Below, piece after piece: positions 38,786 through 52,181 of a DNA stretch of 64,000 nucleotides. This stretch comes from Gammaproteobacteria bacterium (lineage in GTDB: Bacteria; Pseudomonadota; Gammaproteobacteria; GCA-002705445; GCA-002716945), in contig JAYQJW010000002.1 in assembly GCA_038142325.1 (NCBI GenBank), forward strand, positions 64,001-128,000, read 5' to 3'. Every line of letters starts with the position of its first letter. Positions within the stretch are counted from its first letter, which is position 1. A program made the translations under genes and the position numbers. The notes beneath the pieces are model-generated. The model saw only the letters and a program-made list of their open reading frames with translations. It made no database searches and was not told where the DNA came from.

Positions 38786-39535
38786 TTGTATGTTATTATT
38801 TTTATGATTATGTTTAAGACTTTATTATCCAAGATTTCCCCTGAAGGCTATTATAAATTTACTTCATTGATAATACCATGGCTTCTTTCTTTTGCTTTTA
38901 TATTTATTTCATATGGTTTATATCAAGGCTTATTTATTGCGCCGCCAGATTATCAACAGGGAGATGCATTCAGAATTATGTATGTCCATGTACCAAGCGC
39001 ATGGATATCTTTATTTGCATATTCTGTCGTTTTTATATCAGCCGTCATCTCACTAATATGGCATGTGAAAGTGTATGATGTGATCTTGTTAGCGTCTTGT
39101 AAACTCGGCGCTGTCTTCACTGTTTTCACTTTAGTCACAGGAGCTATCTGGGGCAAGCCTATGTGGGGTACATGGTGGGCATGGGATGCAAGATTGACTT
39201 CGGAGTTAATATTATTTTTTATATACATATCTATTTTACTATTACATGGCTCATTTGATGATAAAAAAAAGGCATCGTCTGCAGTAAATATTCTAGCAAT
39301 AGTTGGTTTCATAAATATTCCAATCATTCATTTTTCTGTCGAATGGTGGAATACTCTTCATCAAGGTCCATCTGTCATTAAGCTGAGTGCGCCTAGTATT
39401 GCAGCGGACATGTTGACACCTCTAATTGTAACCGCACTTGGATTCACATTATTCTTTTTAGGCACTATGTTGAAATCATCTCAGAATATTCTTCTTGAAT
39501 ATGAGAAAAATAAATTATGGGTTAAGTCAATCTAG
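38786..39535 (+). CDS. ccmC: Heme exporter/cytochrome c maturation protein CcmC
   Basis: DYQQG, YVHVP, WGKPMWGTWWAWDARLTS, WWNTLHQ; true start probably 38804 or 38810. Confidence 0.96.
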   Translation: MYVIIFMIMFKTLLSKISPEGYYKFTSLIIPWLLSFAFIFISYGLYQGLFIAPPDYQQGDAFRIMYVHVPSAWISLFAYSVVFISAVISLIWHVKVYDVILLASCKLGAVFTVFTLVTGAIWGKPMWGTWWAWDARLTSELILFFIYISILLLHGSFDDKKKASSAVNILAIVGFINIPIIHFSVEWWNTLHQGPSVIKLSAPSIAADMLTPLIVTALGFTLFFLGTMLKSSQNILLEYEKNKLWVKSI

Positions 39536-40198
39536 ACTATTCTTTACACCAAATGATGCTGCAAATGGAGCAATCACCAAAAATAGAATCAATAGTAATA
39601 GCATGAATAATAATTCAGAATCATAATTCAAACCAATTGACGAATTATAAATAGCGCTTGTTCCAAAAATCAAGACTGGTATATCTAGAGGCAAAACTAT
39701 AGTTGATAGGAGAAGACCATTACCTTTCAAGCTTAATGTCAAAGATGATGCTATTGAACCAATTAGTGATATTGTCAAACTACCTATCATTAAGCTAATA
39801 AAAAGGGTTATAGAAACTGAGAGATTTCCTGTTAACAAAAAGTTTATTAGAAAGGCAATTATTACTAACGGTAGTATAGAAAACAACCAATGTGATAATA
39901 CTTTGGCAAGTATACAAATTTCTAGCATATCAGAGTTAATAACAATTCTATCGAGCGTCCCATCTTCATAGTCATCCTTAAACATAATCTCTATATTTAG
40001 TAGACTCACCAATAAACATGAAAGCCAAATAATTTGAGTTAGAATTTTATCATAGCCACCCAATACAGTTCCTTCTAAACTAATTGAAAAAAACGTAATT
40101 ATCAGAAATAAATAAACAACCGGCATGAATATACGAGAGTTAGAGTTTAGAATAACTCTCATGTCTCTCAGAATAATTGAATTAAACTTATTCAGCAT
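39527..40198 (-). CDS. ccmB: Cytochrome c maturation permease CcmB
   Basis: FKDDYEDGTLD, AKVLSHW, LPL.IPVLIFG. Confidence 0.93.
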   Translation of the reverse strand: MLNKFNSIILRDMRVILNSNSRIFMPVVYLFLIITFFSISLEGTVLGGYDKILTQIIWLSCLLVSLLNIEIMFKDDYEDGTLDRIVINSDMLEICILAKVLSHWLFSILPLVIIAFLINFLLTGNLSVSITLFISLMIGSLTISLIGSIASSLTLSLKGNGLLLSTIVLPLDIPVLIFGTSAIYNSSIGLNYDSELLFMLLLLILFLVIAPFAASFGVKNSLD

Positions 40199-40785
40199 AG
40201 TTCTATATTTTTAAATTTATTTTTTGGTGAATGACTTGTTATTATTACGGTCCCATTGTCATTAATATGATTTTGCATTTTTTCAAAAAGAATAGAGGCT
40301 TTATCTTGATCAAGTCCAGTAAACGGTTCGTCAAGAATCCAAACTTTGAAATAACTAATTGTCAGCTGTATCATGCTTATAATTTTTTTTTGCCCATGAG
40401 ATAAATATTTAACTTGCAGATTCGATAATGATTGCATGGCATATGATTCTAATTCTGAAATTATAGAGCTGATTTTTTTTGTGCTTGAAAAGCTCATAGC
40501 ATATTCAAGATTTTGAAGAACCGTGAGTTCATTTTTTAGACCATATTTGTGACCCACATAAAAAATATCGTCACTGATATCTAAGTCTGAGTGGAATAAT
40601 ATTTCGCCTTCAGTTGGTTTGCTTAGCTTAGTTACTAATTTCAAAAGCGATGTCTTGCCACACCCATTCTCACCGTAGAAATTTATTATCTCACTTTCAC
40701 TAATATCTACAGAATAGTTTTTTATGATATCTTTATCTTGTTTAGTTAAGCTAACATTTTTGAGGCTTATTAGAGGAGTGTTCAC
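40192..40785 (-). CDS. ccmA: Cytochrome c maturation ABC ATPase CcmA
   Basis: GENGCGKT, LSHGQ, WILDEPF, TSH; adjacent to ccmB. Confidence 0.9.
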   Translation of the reverse strand: MNTPLISLKNVSLTKQDKDIIKNYSVDISESEIINFYGENGCGKTSLLKLVTKLSKPTEGEILFHSDLDISDDIFYVGHKYGLKNELTVLQNLEYAMSFSSTKKISSIISELESYAMQSLSNLQVKYLSHGQKKIISMIQLTISYFKVWILDEPFTGLDQDKASILFEKMQNHINDNGTVIITSHSPKNKFKNIELC

Positions 40786-41262
40786 TTATAATAGCTCTGA
40801 TGAGGAGACAACAATTCCATCAGGATCAGAGTATAAAAAATCATTTTCTCTAAATACTATACCAGCAAATTTTAAATCTATTTTATACCGACCTATATCT
40901 TTTTTCTGACTTTTATTCGGAACAAGGTTAAGCGCTTTGATTGAAATCTTTATTTTGCTTATCTCAAGACTATCTCTTATACATCCATTAACAATAATAC
41001 CAGCCCAGTTATTTTTGGCTGCAATTGCAGCAAGATTGTCTCCAACTAAAGCACACTTCTCAGAACTTTTACCATCAACAACCATTATGCATCCTGTGCC
41101 GTCCTCCTGGAGTAATTTCTTAACATACGAGTTATCTTCTACAGCTTCGACAGTTCTTATTCTTCCGTGACAATGTGTATTAGCACCATAGGATTTGAAA
41201 GTTGGTTGCGCGATTGCAAGTTTATGATCATCACATAAATCTGCAGTATTAAAATTATTCAT
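40786..41262 (-). CDS. rraA: RraA/HMG-aldolase family protein
   Basis: TADLCD, EDNS, VVDG, ALVGD, GCIRD, D.DGIV. Confidence 0.9.
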   Translation of the reverse strand: MNNFNTADLCDDHKLAIAQPTFKSYGANTHCHGRIRTVEAVEDNSYVKKLLQEDGTGCIMVVDGKSSEKCALVGDNLAAIAAKNNWAGIIVNGCIRDSLEISKIKISIKALNLVPNKSQKKDIGRYKIDLKFAGIVFRENDFLYSDPDGIVVSSSELL

Positions 41263-42514
41263 CTTTAATTATAAACTTTATTTTTTTTAATATTATCAGA
41301 GCAGGTATGGCTATTAAAGAACAAAAAATGAAGTAAAGGTCCCAGTTCAGCATTTCAACAAGATAACCAGATGTTCCTGATAAAAATGTTCTTGGTAAGG
41401 ACATTAGCGCAGTCATCAAAGCAAACTGAGTTGCCGTGAATTCTTTTGACGTCATGTGAGCAATAAATGCTAGGTAGGCTGTATATCCCATACCTGCAGC
41501 TAAATTTTCAAGGGATATGACAAGAATTAACATTAGTATATTATCACCTGCATAATATAAAACTGAGAATCCTAATGTAGCTATAAGTTGAAATACTCCA
41601 AAATATATAAGCGACCTATAAAGCCCTATTTTCAATGATAATATTCCGCCAAGAAACGCTCCTATTAAAGTTGCTCCCAATCCAAAAAATTTAACAATTG
41701 TTCCTATTTCAGTTTTTGTGAAGCCAATATCTAGGTAGAAATTTGTACTAAGAGAATGCGCCATTGTGTCACCTACTTTGTATAAAAGTATGAACAATAA
41801 AATAAAATAGGGAGTTAATATTTTCAGCTCACTTGATCTTGATGTAAATCGTGTAAAAAATTCCTTGAATGGTTCGATGATTGATTCGCCAAGAGTGTAG
41901 GGTTTCATATCAACCTCAGGTTCATCAGATAGTAGGGTTGTTACTACACCTAAAATCATTATTGAGGCCATTATTGAATAGACAAATGAGTAAGAAAAAA
42001 TATCTGCAAGTATTAATCCACCTGCTCCGGCCGCAAGAGCGCCGAACCTATAACCTAAAACATATGCGGAAGCCCCAATGGTCTGTTCATTTTCTCTTAA
42101 ACTTTCTCTCCTATATGCATCAATGACGATATCTTGTGAGGCAGAAAAAAAGGTAACTGCCAAAGATAACAAAGCAACATTATATAAATTAATAGAGGGC
42201 TGTGATTGACCCAAGAGAAAGATTGATGAGATAAGGAAAATCTGAGAGAGTAATAACCAGCCTCTTCTTCTTCCAAGGGCTGAGATAACATATCTGTCGA
42301 ACAATGGCGCCCAGAGAAACTTTAGAGAATACGGTAACCCGATTAACGCAAATAAACCAATTGTTGATTTTGAGATATTCTCATCAGTTAACCAGGCTTG
42401 AAGAAGTGTTATTGTTAGCAACAACGGAAGCCCAGAGACAAAGCCCATTATCAAGGAGATAATAATTCTTCTTTCTAAATAAGGTTCAATACTTTGTTTA
42501 AGAAAATTAATCAT
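41255..42514 (-). CDS. ampG: Muropeptide MFS transporter AmpG
   Basis: GF.SGLP, LKFLWAP, GRRRGW, SASQDIVIDAYR, ATQFAL. Confidence 0.93.
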   Translation of the reverse strand: MINFLKQSIEPYLERRIIISLIMGFVSGLPLLLTITLLQAWLTDENISKSTIGLFALIGLPYSLKFLWAPLFDRYVISALGRRRGWLLLSQIFLISSIFLLGQSQPSINLYNVALLSLAVTFFSASQDIVIDAYRRESLRENEQTIGASAYVLGYRFGALAAGAGGLILADIFSYSFVYSIMASIMILGVVTTLLSDEPEVDMKPYTLGESIIEPFKEFFTRFTSRSSELKILTPYFILLFILLYKVGDTMAHSLSTNFYLDIGFTKTEIGTIVKFFGLGATLIGAFLGGILSLKIGLYRSLIYFGVFQLIATLGFSVLYYAGDNILMLILVISLENLAAGMGYTAYLAFIAHMTSKEFTATQFALMTALMSLPRTFLSGTSGYLVEMLNWDLYFIFCSLIAIPALIILKKIKFIIKDE

Positions 42515-43274
42515 TATAAGAAATTATTAAAGGAGCATGGTCAGAAAACTTTTTATCTTTATAAACAGACACGCTTTTTACTTTGTCTCTTAAGTCTGCA
42601 GTAACCATTTGATAATCTATCCTCCAACCAACATTATTCGCATATGCATTTCCTCTATTAGACCACCAAGTATAAACATCGGTCTTTTTGCATTTCTCTC
42701 TAAATGCATCACACAAACCAATCTTGCTTATTAAATTTGTCATCCATTCTCTTTCTTCAGGTAAAAAACCTGAATTTTTTTGATTTGAACGCCAGTTCTT
42801 AATATCTTCTTTAGTATGAGCAATATTATAATCGCCACAAATAATTAGCGCTTTTCTTTTTTTCATTTCTTTTCTTATATATTTTTCAAAATAATCCATA
42901 AATTCATATTTTAATTTTTGTCTCAATTCACCGGATGATCCCGAGGGGAAGTATATAGAAATAACTTTATAATGTTCAAATTCTAATGATATGAACCTGC
43001 CTTCTTTTTCAAAAATTGATTTAGAAAAACATGTTTCAGTTTTAAGTGGTTCATGTTTAGTATATATGGCAACACCACTGTATCCTTTTTTTTCTGCGAC
43101 ATTCATAAACCTTTTGTAACCAGGTATTTCAAAATCACTGCTATTAATTTGATCTTCTAGAGCTCTAGTTTCTTGCATACATATAAAATCAGCTTTAGAA
43201 TTTTTTAGCCATTTAAAAATCCCCTTTTTTTGACTTGACCTAATACCACAGACATTAATAGTTATAACTTTCAT
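42507..43274 (-). CDS. Exodeoxyribonuclease III family AP endonuclease (second paralogue)
   Basis: QET, GYSGVA, YFPSG, GDYNIAH, WRIDY, SDHAP. Confidence 0.92.
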   Translation of the reverse strand: MKVITINVCGIRSSQKKGIFKWLKNSKADFICMQETRALEDQINSSDFEIPGYKRFMNVAEKKGYSGVAIYTKHEPLKTETCFSKSIFEKEGRFISLEFEHYKVISIYFPSGSSGELRQKLKYEFMDYFEKYIRKEMKKRKALIICGDYNIAHTKEDIKNWRSNQKNSGFLPEEREWMTNLISKIGLCDAFREKCKKTDVYTWWSNRGNAYANNVGWRIDYQMVTADLRDKVKSVSVYKDKKFSDHAPLIISYND

Positions 43275-43318
43275 CTTAACTTTTATGATATGGTATCATT
43301 AATTAAAGGTTACCCTCT

Positions 43319-43960
43319 ATGTTTAATAACAAACAAGATTTTATAGAATTCATTTTAAGTGAAAAAATTTTAAAATTTGGTAATTTTACACTAAAATCTG
43401 GAAGACAAAGCCCATACTATTTCAACACTGGGTTATGTCATAATGGAGAACTTATTACAAAACTATCTAGCTATTATGCTAGCTATATTACACAAAAGGC
43501 TCTTGAATTTGATTTTATTTTTGGTCCAGCCTACAAGGGAATTACGTTGTGTTCATCTATATCACAAAGTCTATTTGTGAACCACCAGCTTAACAAACCA
43601 TATGCTTTTAATAGAAAAGAAAAAAAAGATCATGGCGACATGGGTCAATTTGTCGGTTGTGATATATCAGGTTCAGCATTAATCGTTGATGATGTTGTAT
43701 CATCTGGATCATCCATAATTGAGTCAATAGACTTGATTAATGAAAAGAAATCAAAATGTCATGATGTTCTTGTTGCTTTCGATAGAATGGAGATTGGTAC
43801 ATCTAAGATGGCAACATTGGAACTGCATTCGGAATATAATACAGTCGTTCATAGCATTATTAATTTAGACGACATAGCCGACGTTGTTAAATCTAAATCA
43901 GAATACAAGTCTTTCATAAATGCTATGAATGATTATATGTCTACATACCGATCAGTCTAA
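43319..43960 (+). CDS. pyrE: Orotate phosphoribosyltransferase
   Basis: FTLKSGRQSPY, GPAYKG, NRKEKKDHG, VDDV. Confidence 0.96.
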   Translation: MFNNKQDFIEFILSEKILKFGNFTLKSGRQSPYYFNTGLCHNGELITKLSSYYASYITQKALEFDFIFGPAYKGITLCSSISQSLFVNHQLNKPYAFNRKEKKDHGDMGQFVGCDISGSALIVDDVVSSGSSIIESIDLINEKKSKCHDVLVAFDRMEIGTSKMATLELHSEYNTVVHSIINLDDIADVVKSKSEYKSFINAMNDYMSTYRSV

Positions 43961-44685
43961 AACAGCAGCTTATATGCAACTATCAGTGTGACAATCTGGT
44001 AGGCAATCTTAATAAATATATTTGATCTACTAATTGCTATCATAGCTCCTACGTAACCTCCAGCTAGTGAACCAATCAATAAAACGGGAAGAATTGTTAT
44101 GCTTATAGCTGATATTAAATAAAGTACAATAGCACCAATGAGATTATAAAAAAGCCCCACGACAAGTAATGTGTACCCAATTGCTTCTTTAAATGAGAAT
44201 CCATATATTTTAGTCAACATTAAAGTATACAAAAGTCCTGTGCCAGCAGAGAGGGAACCATTGAGAAAGCCAATGACAAATAATAAGAAATATACCATAG
44301 AGGAATTTACTTCCTTCGTTTTCTGATTTGTGCCTTTTGTAAATGACAAAATGAACACAATAAAAATCAGTACACCCAATAGCTTTCTGGCTATATTTTC
44401 ATCTATATAGGTAATAGAGAATGCGCCAATAATGACAGCAGGTAAACCAACTATAAGACCTTCATTGAAAATTCTTCTGTCTGGTTTATTTTTTTCAAAG
44501 AATTTTAAAGAAGCGCCTATGCCAAGAAGAACAGTAGAAATTTTGTGTGTTGCCAAGGCTACAGGGAATGAAATCTCAAAAAGTAATAATATTGCAGGTA
44601 GTTGTATTATCCCTGCACCGCCACCTGAGAAAGCAGAAAAAAGATTAGAGACAAAAGATATAAAAAGAAGTAACGCGTATTCCAA
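43957..44685 (-). CDS. TauE/SafE (TSUP) family membrane protein
   Basis: SAFSGGGAG..QLP, ALATHK, GFLNGSL..GTG; multi-TM. Confidence 0.85.
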   Translation of the reverse strand: MEYALLLFISFVSNLFSAFSGGGAGIIQLPAILLLFEISFPVALATHKISTVLLGIGASLKFFEKNKPDRRIFNEGLIVGLPAVIIGAFSITYIDENIARKLLGVLIFIVFILSFTKGTNQKTKEVNSSMVYFLLFVIGFLNGSLSAGTGLLYTLMLTKIYGFSFKEAIGYTLLVVGLFYNLIGAIVLYLISAISITILPVLLIGSLAGGYVGAMIAISRSNIFIKIAYQIVTLIVAYKLLF

Positions 44686-44688
44686 GAT

Positions 44689-47019
<2,331 letters not shown>

Positions 47020-47399
47020 CCACTATTTCAAATCGTGGATGCTCAACTCTTATAAAAACCAATTGTGCAATCCTATCTAATGGGTTGATGATATATTCAT
47101 TAACACTTCGGTTCCAACAGGAGATCATGAGCTCGCCTTGATAATCAGAATCTATTAATCCCACTAAGTTTCCCAGAACTATTCCTTTTTTATGCCCAAG
47201 GCCAGACCTAGGCAAAATTGTAGCTGCATAATCTTTGTTTTTTATGTACACCGATAGACCCGTTGGGATTAAAATTGTTTCATTTGGCCTTAGATTAATC
47301 TTATCATCAATGGCTGCTCTGAGGTCTAGTCCTGCTGACCCATCTGTTGAGTATACTGGAACAGATTTTATTAATTTATTAATCAGCCTAATTTCAACT

Positions 47400-48629
47400 T
47401 TATCTAGCATTTTTAACTTTGATCAAGTTGTCTCTAAGATTATTTGCCAGCTCCTTGATTATTCCTTTTGCAAGTTCTTTTTTCGAATTAAGAGGTAAAT
47501 GCTTTGTACTGTTATTTTGTATTAAAGTAACTTCATTTTCATCTGAGCCAAACGCCAGTCCTTTTTGATGGTTTGCTTCATTTGCGATAATCATGTCTAT
47601 ATTTTTGCTTATCAGTTTGTCTGCAGCATATTTAAGCACATCATGTGTTTCAGCAGAGAATCCTACTGTAAATAATGAAGGATTTTTTTCCTTTGCCGTC
47701 TTTAATATATCAATTCCTCTTTTCAGCGTTATGTGAAGATCTCCATCTACGCTTTTATGTTTTTTTGTGATTAGCTTACTTGGTTTATAGTCTGATATAG
47801 CGGCTGCCGATATATATACATCAAAATCAGAGACTTTATTCAGAACTTGTTCGAGCATCTCTGAGGATGTTTCAATATAGGTGACAGGTATTTTATCAGG
47901 AGGGTCAATAATTACAGGCCCACTAATCAATTCAACATACGCCCCCATATCTCTTGCTGCTTCAGCTACCGCATAACCCATCTTGCCTGAGCTGTAATTA
48001 CTTATAAATCTTACCGGATCAATTGGTTCCCTAGTAGGACCCGCAGACACTAATACTTTTAGGCCGTTGAGTATATTTTTGGAAATTGCACTGCTTATAT
48101 GATCTACTATCATTTCCGGCTGACTCATTCTTCCATATCCTTCATCGCCACATGCATGTTTGCCATAATCTGGGCCAATTACACTGAATTTACTCTTAGG
48201 CATATTATGTAAGTTCTTTTGGAGCAGTTCATTATTCCACATATCAGGATTCATAGCTGGTGCTATAAATATTTTTTCCTTAAATGCTAAGCATATCGTT
48301 GAAAGTAAATCATCTCCTAAAGCATTAGTTATTTTATTGAATGAGTTAGCTGTACATGGTGCTATTAAAACTATATCTGCCCATTTTGCTAAATCAAGAT
48401 GAAGAAAATGCTCATGACATTCACTTTCATCAACGTAGACTTTATTTTCCGATATACATTCCAATGTTCTCTCTGTAATAAAAGACGTTGAAGATTTTGT
48501 CATGACTACTTTTATACACGCCCCTGCTTTCTTTAGTCTGCTAATAAGATCAGCAGCTTTGTAGGCGGCAATGCTTCCTGTGATGCCAACTAATATATTT
48601 TTTTTGTTTAGATTATTCACAGAGAACAT
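47400..48629 (-). CDS. coaBC: Bifunctional PPC decarboxylase/synthetase
   Basis: [39 protein letters not shown]. Confidence 0.96.
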   Translation of the reverse strand: MFSVNNLNKKNILVGITGSIAAYKAADLISRLKKAGACIKVVMTKSSTSFITERTLECISENKVYVDESECHEHFLHLDLAKWADIVLIAPCTANSFNKITNALGDDLLSTICLAFKEKIFIAPAMNPDMWNNELLQKNLHNMPKSKFSVIGPDYGKHACGDEGYGRMSQPEMIVDHISSAISKNILNGLKVLVSAGPTREPIDPVRFISNYSSGKMGYAVAEAARDMGAYVELISGPVIIDPPDKIPVTYIETSSEMLEQVLNKVSDFDVYISAAAISDYKPSKLITKKHKSVDGDLHITLKRGIDILKTAKEKNPSLFTVGFSAETHDVLKYAADKLISKNIDMIIANEANHQKGLAFGSDENEVTLIQNNSTKHLPLNSKKELAKGIIKELANNLRDNLIKVKNAR

Positions 48630-49770
48630 TTTGTAAGGTATTTAAGACTTTATCAATCTCTTTTTTTGTATGTTTAGCTGATAATGTAATTCTTATTTTA
48701 TCCTGATTCTTAGGAACAGTAGGATATCTTATAGCTTGAACTAGTATATTTTCTTCTAGGAACCTCTTTTTTACCTTGATTGTCAAATGTGGATCACCTA
48801 GTGTAAATGTTTTTATTGGGACTTGATTCAGATTACAAGTAATTCCTTTTGAGAGACAACTATCATTAAAATATTTTATGTTTTCATGAAGTTTCTCGTA
48901 ATAGCTTTTATCTGAAGCTAATATATTTAGACTTTTTCTAGTAGCATCTATTATACAACGTGGTAGTGAGGTTGAATAAATATAGGGTTTGCCTTTTTGG
49001 ACAATCATTTCTATTAAATCCTTACCTCCACATATAAATGACCCCACTGTTCCAACTGCTTTACCAAATGTTCCCATATATGCATCAGCATCTGATGGTT
49101 GCATACCAAATGATTCACACGTAGTCTCAATTGATAAGACGTTTCCTTTATTCTCTGCTACGGCAAATCCATGTGCGTCATCTATATATAGCAGCACATC
49201 ACTCTTATTCTTTTCATCTAGATGATTCTTTAAATTTGTAATATCACCACTCATACTAAATACAGCTTCACTAAAAAGAATGTTTTTCTCTGTGTGAGAT
49301 TTAATAGATAAGCCGGGATCAGTGAGATGATTATATCTTATGATATTAACTTTATTGATTTTTGATGATTCTATAATTGAGTTATGTGATTCTTTGTCTT
49401 GTATTACATTTATTGTTCTATCAAATATGCTTAAAAGACATAAATTCGCCATGTATCCGCTATTTAAGACAATACAACTCTCCGTACCAAGATATTCCGT
49501 TAGTTCTTTTTCTAGGTAATGATGTGATTTAATATAACCAGTTATCAAAGGTGAGGAGCCTGTTCCGATACCATGCATGCTAGCAGATTTATTCATTTCT
49601 TTGATTACTTCTGCATTAGATGACATACCCAAGTAATCATTACTGCTAAATGATGAAAATATATTATTATTTATTTTTGCTTTTGTTGAGGAGTTTGATT
49701 GAACTACATCTCGAATTCTTTCGTAACCATTTCGTTTGATTTCATCAAGCAGATTATTAAACTTTGCCAA
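48613..49770 (-). CDS. bioF: 8-amino-7-oxononanoate synthase
   Basis: SNDYLG, SGYMAN, FSMSGD, DDAHG, TFGKA, IRYPTVP. Confidence 0.92.
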   Translation of the reverse strand: MAKFNNLLDEIKRNGYERIRDVVQSNSSTKAKINNNIFSSFSSNDYLGMSSNAEVIKEMNKSASMHGIGTGSSPLITGYIKSHHYLEKELTEYLGTESCIVLNSGYMANLCLLSIFDRTINVIQDKESHNSIIESSKINKVNIIRYNHLTDPGLSIKSHTEKNILFSEAVFSMSGDITNLKNHLDEKNKSDVLLYIDDAHGFAVAENKGNVLSIETTCESFGMQPSDADAYMGTFGKAVGTVGSFICGGKDLIEMIVQKGKPYIYSTSLPRCIIDATRKSLNILASDKSYYEKLHENIKYFNDSCLSKGITCNLNQVPIKTFTLGDPHLTIKVKKRFLEENILVQAIRYPTVPKNQDKIRITLSAKHTKKEIDKVLNTLQNVLCE

Positions 49771-49772
49771 AA

Positions 49773-50717
49773 TTAAATAGTTTCGATGCTAAGTTTACTT
49801 AGTAAATTTTTATCATGATTGATTGATGAGTTTTTTGTAGTGAGTAACTCCTCTCCATAAAATATTGAATTGGCACCAGCAAAAAAACAAAGCGCTTGCA
49901 TTTCATCATTCATTGTATCGCGACCTGCCGATAATCTTACGTATGTCTTTGGCATTGTGATTATTGTAATTGCAATTATTCTAATGAAATCAAAGTTATC
50001 TACATCATCATTATTTGAATATGGAGTACCCTCAATTCTAACTAATTTATTCATTGGAACAGACTCTGGTTGCTCATCCATGTTACAAAGCACCTCAATT
50101 AATTTAAGTCTATCAAGATTCTCCTCTCCTAGACCCAAAATACCGCCCGTACAAACTTTTATGCCTGCATCCCTGACATATTTCAAAGTGTTTAATCTAT
50201 CTTTGTATGTTCTTGTAGATACAACTTTACTGTAATACTCTTCAGAGCTATCTAAGTTATGATTGTAATAATCAAGTCCTGATTCCTTAAGTGATTCAGC
50301 CTGCTCTTTTTTCAACATGCCAAGAGTGAGGCAAGTCTCAAGCTCTAATTCTTTAACCGCTTTAACCATATCTTTTATTTTTGATATATTACTGTCGTTA
50401 AGATTTCTCCATGCAGCACCCATGCAGAACCTTGATGCTCCTGATTTTTTTGCCTCTTTTGCTTGTGCAATTACTTCATCGACTGTTAAAAGTTTTTCTA
50501 TTTCAACGTCAGTATTATACTTTATGCTTTGTGAACAATACTTACAATCTTCCGGGCAGCCGCCAGTCTTAATTGACATGAGTGTTGATACTTGAATTTT
50601 ATTAGGATCATGATTTTGTCTATGCACAGTTTGTGCTTGGTAGATCAAATCATTAAATGGCATATGATATAATTTTTCTATGTCCTTAAGAGACCATTTA
50701 TTTAGTTTTTTATTCAT
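49773..50717 (-). CDS. bioB: Biotin synthase (radical SAM)
   Basis: [22 protein letters not shown]. Confidence 0.97.
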   Translation of the reverse strand: MNKKLNKWSLKDIEKLYHMPFNDLIYQAQTVHRQNHDPNKIQVSTLMSIKTGGCPEDCKYCSQSIKYNTDVEIEKLLTVDEVIAQAKEAKKSGASRFCMGAAWRNLNDSNISKIKDMVKAVKELELETCLTLGMLKKEQAESLKESGLDYYNHNLDSSEEYYSKVVSTRTYKDRLNTLKYVRDAGIKVCTGGILGLGEENLDRLKLIEVLCNMDEQPESVPMNKLVRIEGTPYSNNDDVDNFDFIRIIAITIITMPKTYVRLSAGRDTMNDEMQALCFFAGANSIFYGEELLTTKNSSINHDKNLLSKLSIETI

Positions 50718-51567
50718 AAAGATAGTTTAATAGTAGTCCAAAAAAGATTATTAATCCAAAAATATTATTGTTTTCAAATGCCGATATACATTGATAAGGC
50801 AAACGATTTTTAACCAATATTTTTTGGTAGGCTGCTATCAGAACTGCTATTAATAAACCCAAGTAATATAGAATTCCAAGCGCATTAATTAAACCAACGA
50901 TTACCAGAACAAGAATACTCAATATATGAAAATAAAAAGGATATTTAATATCATTATCTTCAAATAATATTGCTGATGATTTATTTCCAACTTTTATATC
51001 ATCTTTTTTATCTGCAATAGCATAATATGTATCATAGGCTATAGCCCAAGATATAGTTGCTACATACATTAATAAACATGATAAGTTAGTATGACCGGTT
51101 TGTGCGATATATACCATTGGTATGCTAGAACCGAAGGCAATCCCTAAAACCATTTGTGGTATTTTTAAATATCTTTTTGAAATAGGATAAATAATAATTA
51201 AACAAAAAGCGGCTAAGGCATATACAAAAACCTCTAACCCGATCATCATTAAAATTAAAATACAAAGTGATATTAAACCTAAAAAAAGAATGACTGCCTC
51301 TATTGAACTAACTTTACCTGATGCTAGCATTCTATCTTTAGTTCTTTCTACTTTCTTGTCTAGCTCTTTGTCGAAGTAATCATTAATTACACATCCAGCA
51401 GATCTTGTAAGCACTGTGCCAATAAGAAACAGTATCAATAAAAATACGTTTGGATGCCCATTAGAAGATATAAGAAATGCCCATAACATAGGCCACATCA
51501 GAAGGTAGATGCCTATCGGCCTATCCATTCTCATAAGATAATAGTAATTATTTAAGCGATCAATCAA
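50710..51567 (-). CDS. ubiA: 4-hydroxybenzoate polyprenyltransferase
   Basis: [17 protein letters not shown]...D..V.RT, YDT.YA..D..DD. Confidence 0.94.
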   Translation of the reverse strand: MIDRLNNYYYLMRMDRPIGIYLLMWPMLWAFLISSNGHPNVFLLILFLIGTVLTRSAGCVINDYFDKELDKKVERTKDRMLASGKVSSIEAVILFLGLISLCILILMMIGLEVFVYALAAFCLIIIYPISKRYLKIPQMVLGIAFGSSIPMVYIAQTGHTNLSCLLMYVATISWAIAYDTYYAIADKKDDIKVGNKSSAILFEDNDIKYPFYFHILSILVLVIVGLINALGILYYLGLLIAVLIAAYQKILVKNRLPYQCISAFENNNIFGLIIFFGLLLNYLYE

Positions 51568-51569
51568 CT

Positions 51570-52118
51570 TTATATTTTTCCATCTAATCCCATCTGATAA
51601 TATTTATGGACAAGATCATCTTGGTTTTCTAGCAACCAATCAATCGAAGGCTCGTTGTTCATAGCTTTTTTAATTGCTTGATGTGTAGCTTTTCTATGAA
51701 TATCAAATAGTATTTTGTGATCAAGGCTGTCGTCTTTTGATACGCTTGGATTAAGCCAAACGGAAACTATTATTCCAAGATCATTAGCTTTTTCTTTTTC
51801 AATTGTTCCGTCTCTAACAGAGTCTAATACACCGTTTGCAATAGCTCCCTGAACAGTTCCCATCAGAATATTTGTGTATCTTGTATTATCTACAGTGACC
51901 TTACTAACCATTAAGGTTGCTGGCTTGACCATTATGTCTGTATTCATTATTGCAAGAACTTTTGAATGACCCTTTGCCTGATCACCTAACAGGTTTGCAA
52001 ATGCTGTTCCAAATGGCCCATCAAGTTCACCTATGATTACCTCTGGTTCAGCCGCAGTCCCTGGCGGTCCACCAGCAACTAAAGACTCACCAACTCTCAT
52101 TGTAATTTTTTCCGACAT
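51570..52118 (-). CDS. fae: Formaldehyde-activating enzyme (Fae) family paralogue
   Basis: VGESLV, IIG...P.GTAFAN, VKPATLMVSKVT, Q.AIA.GV.DSV..G.I, AIKKAM..EP; RBS AGGAG. Confidence 0.85.
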   Translation of the reverse strand: MSEKITMRVGESLVAGGPPGTAAEPEVIIGELDGPFGTAFANLLGDQAKGHSKVLAIMNTDIMVKPATLMVSKVTVDNTRYTNILMGTVQGAIANGVLDSVRDGTIEKEKANDLGIIVSVWLNPSVSKDDSLDHKILFDIHRKATHQAIKKAMNNEPSIDWLLENQDDLVHKYYQMGLDGKI

Positions 52119-52181
52119 TTTTACTCCTATTTTATTTTGTGTCTATGATATAGTTTTTAGGTAATTATTTAAACATACAAT

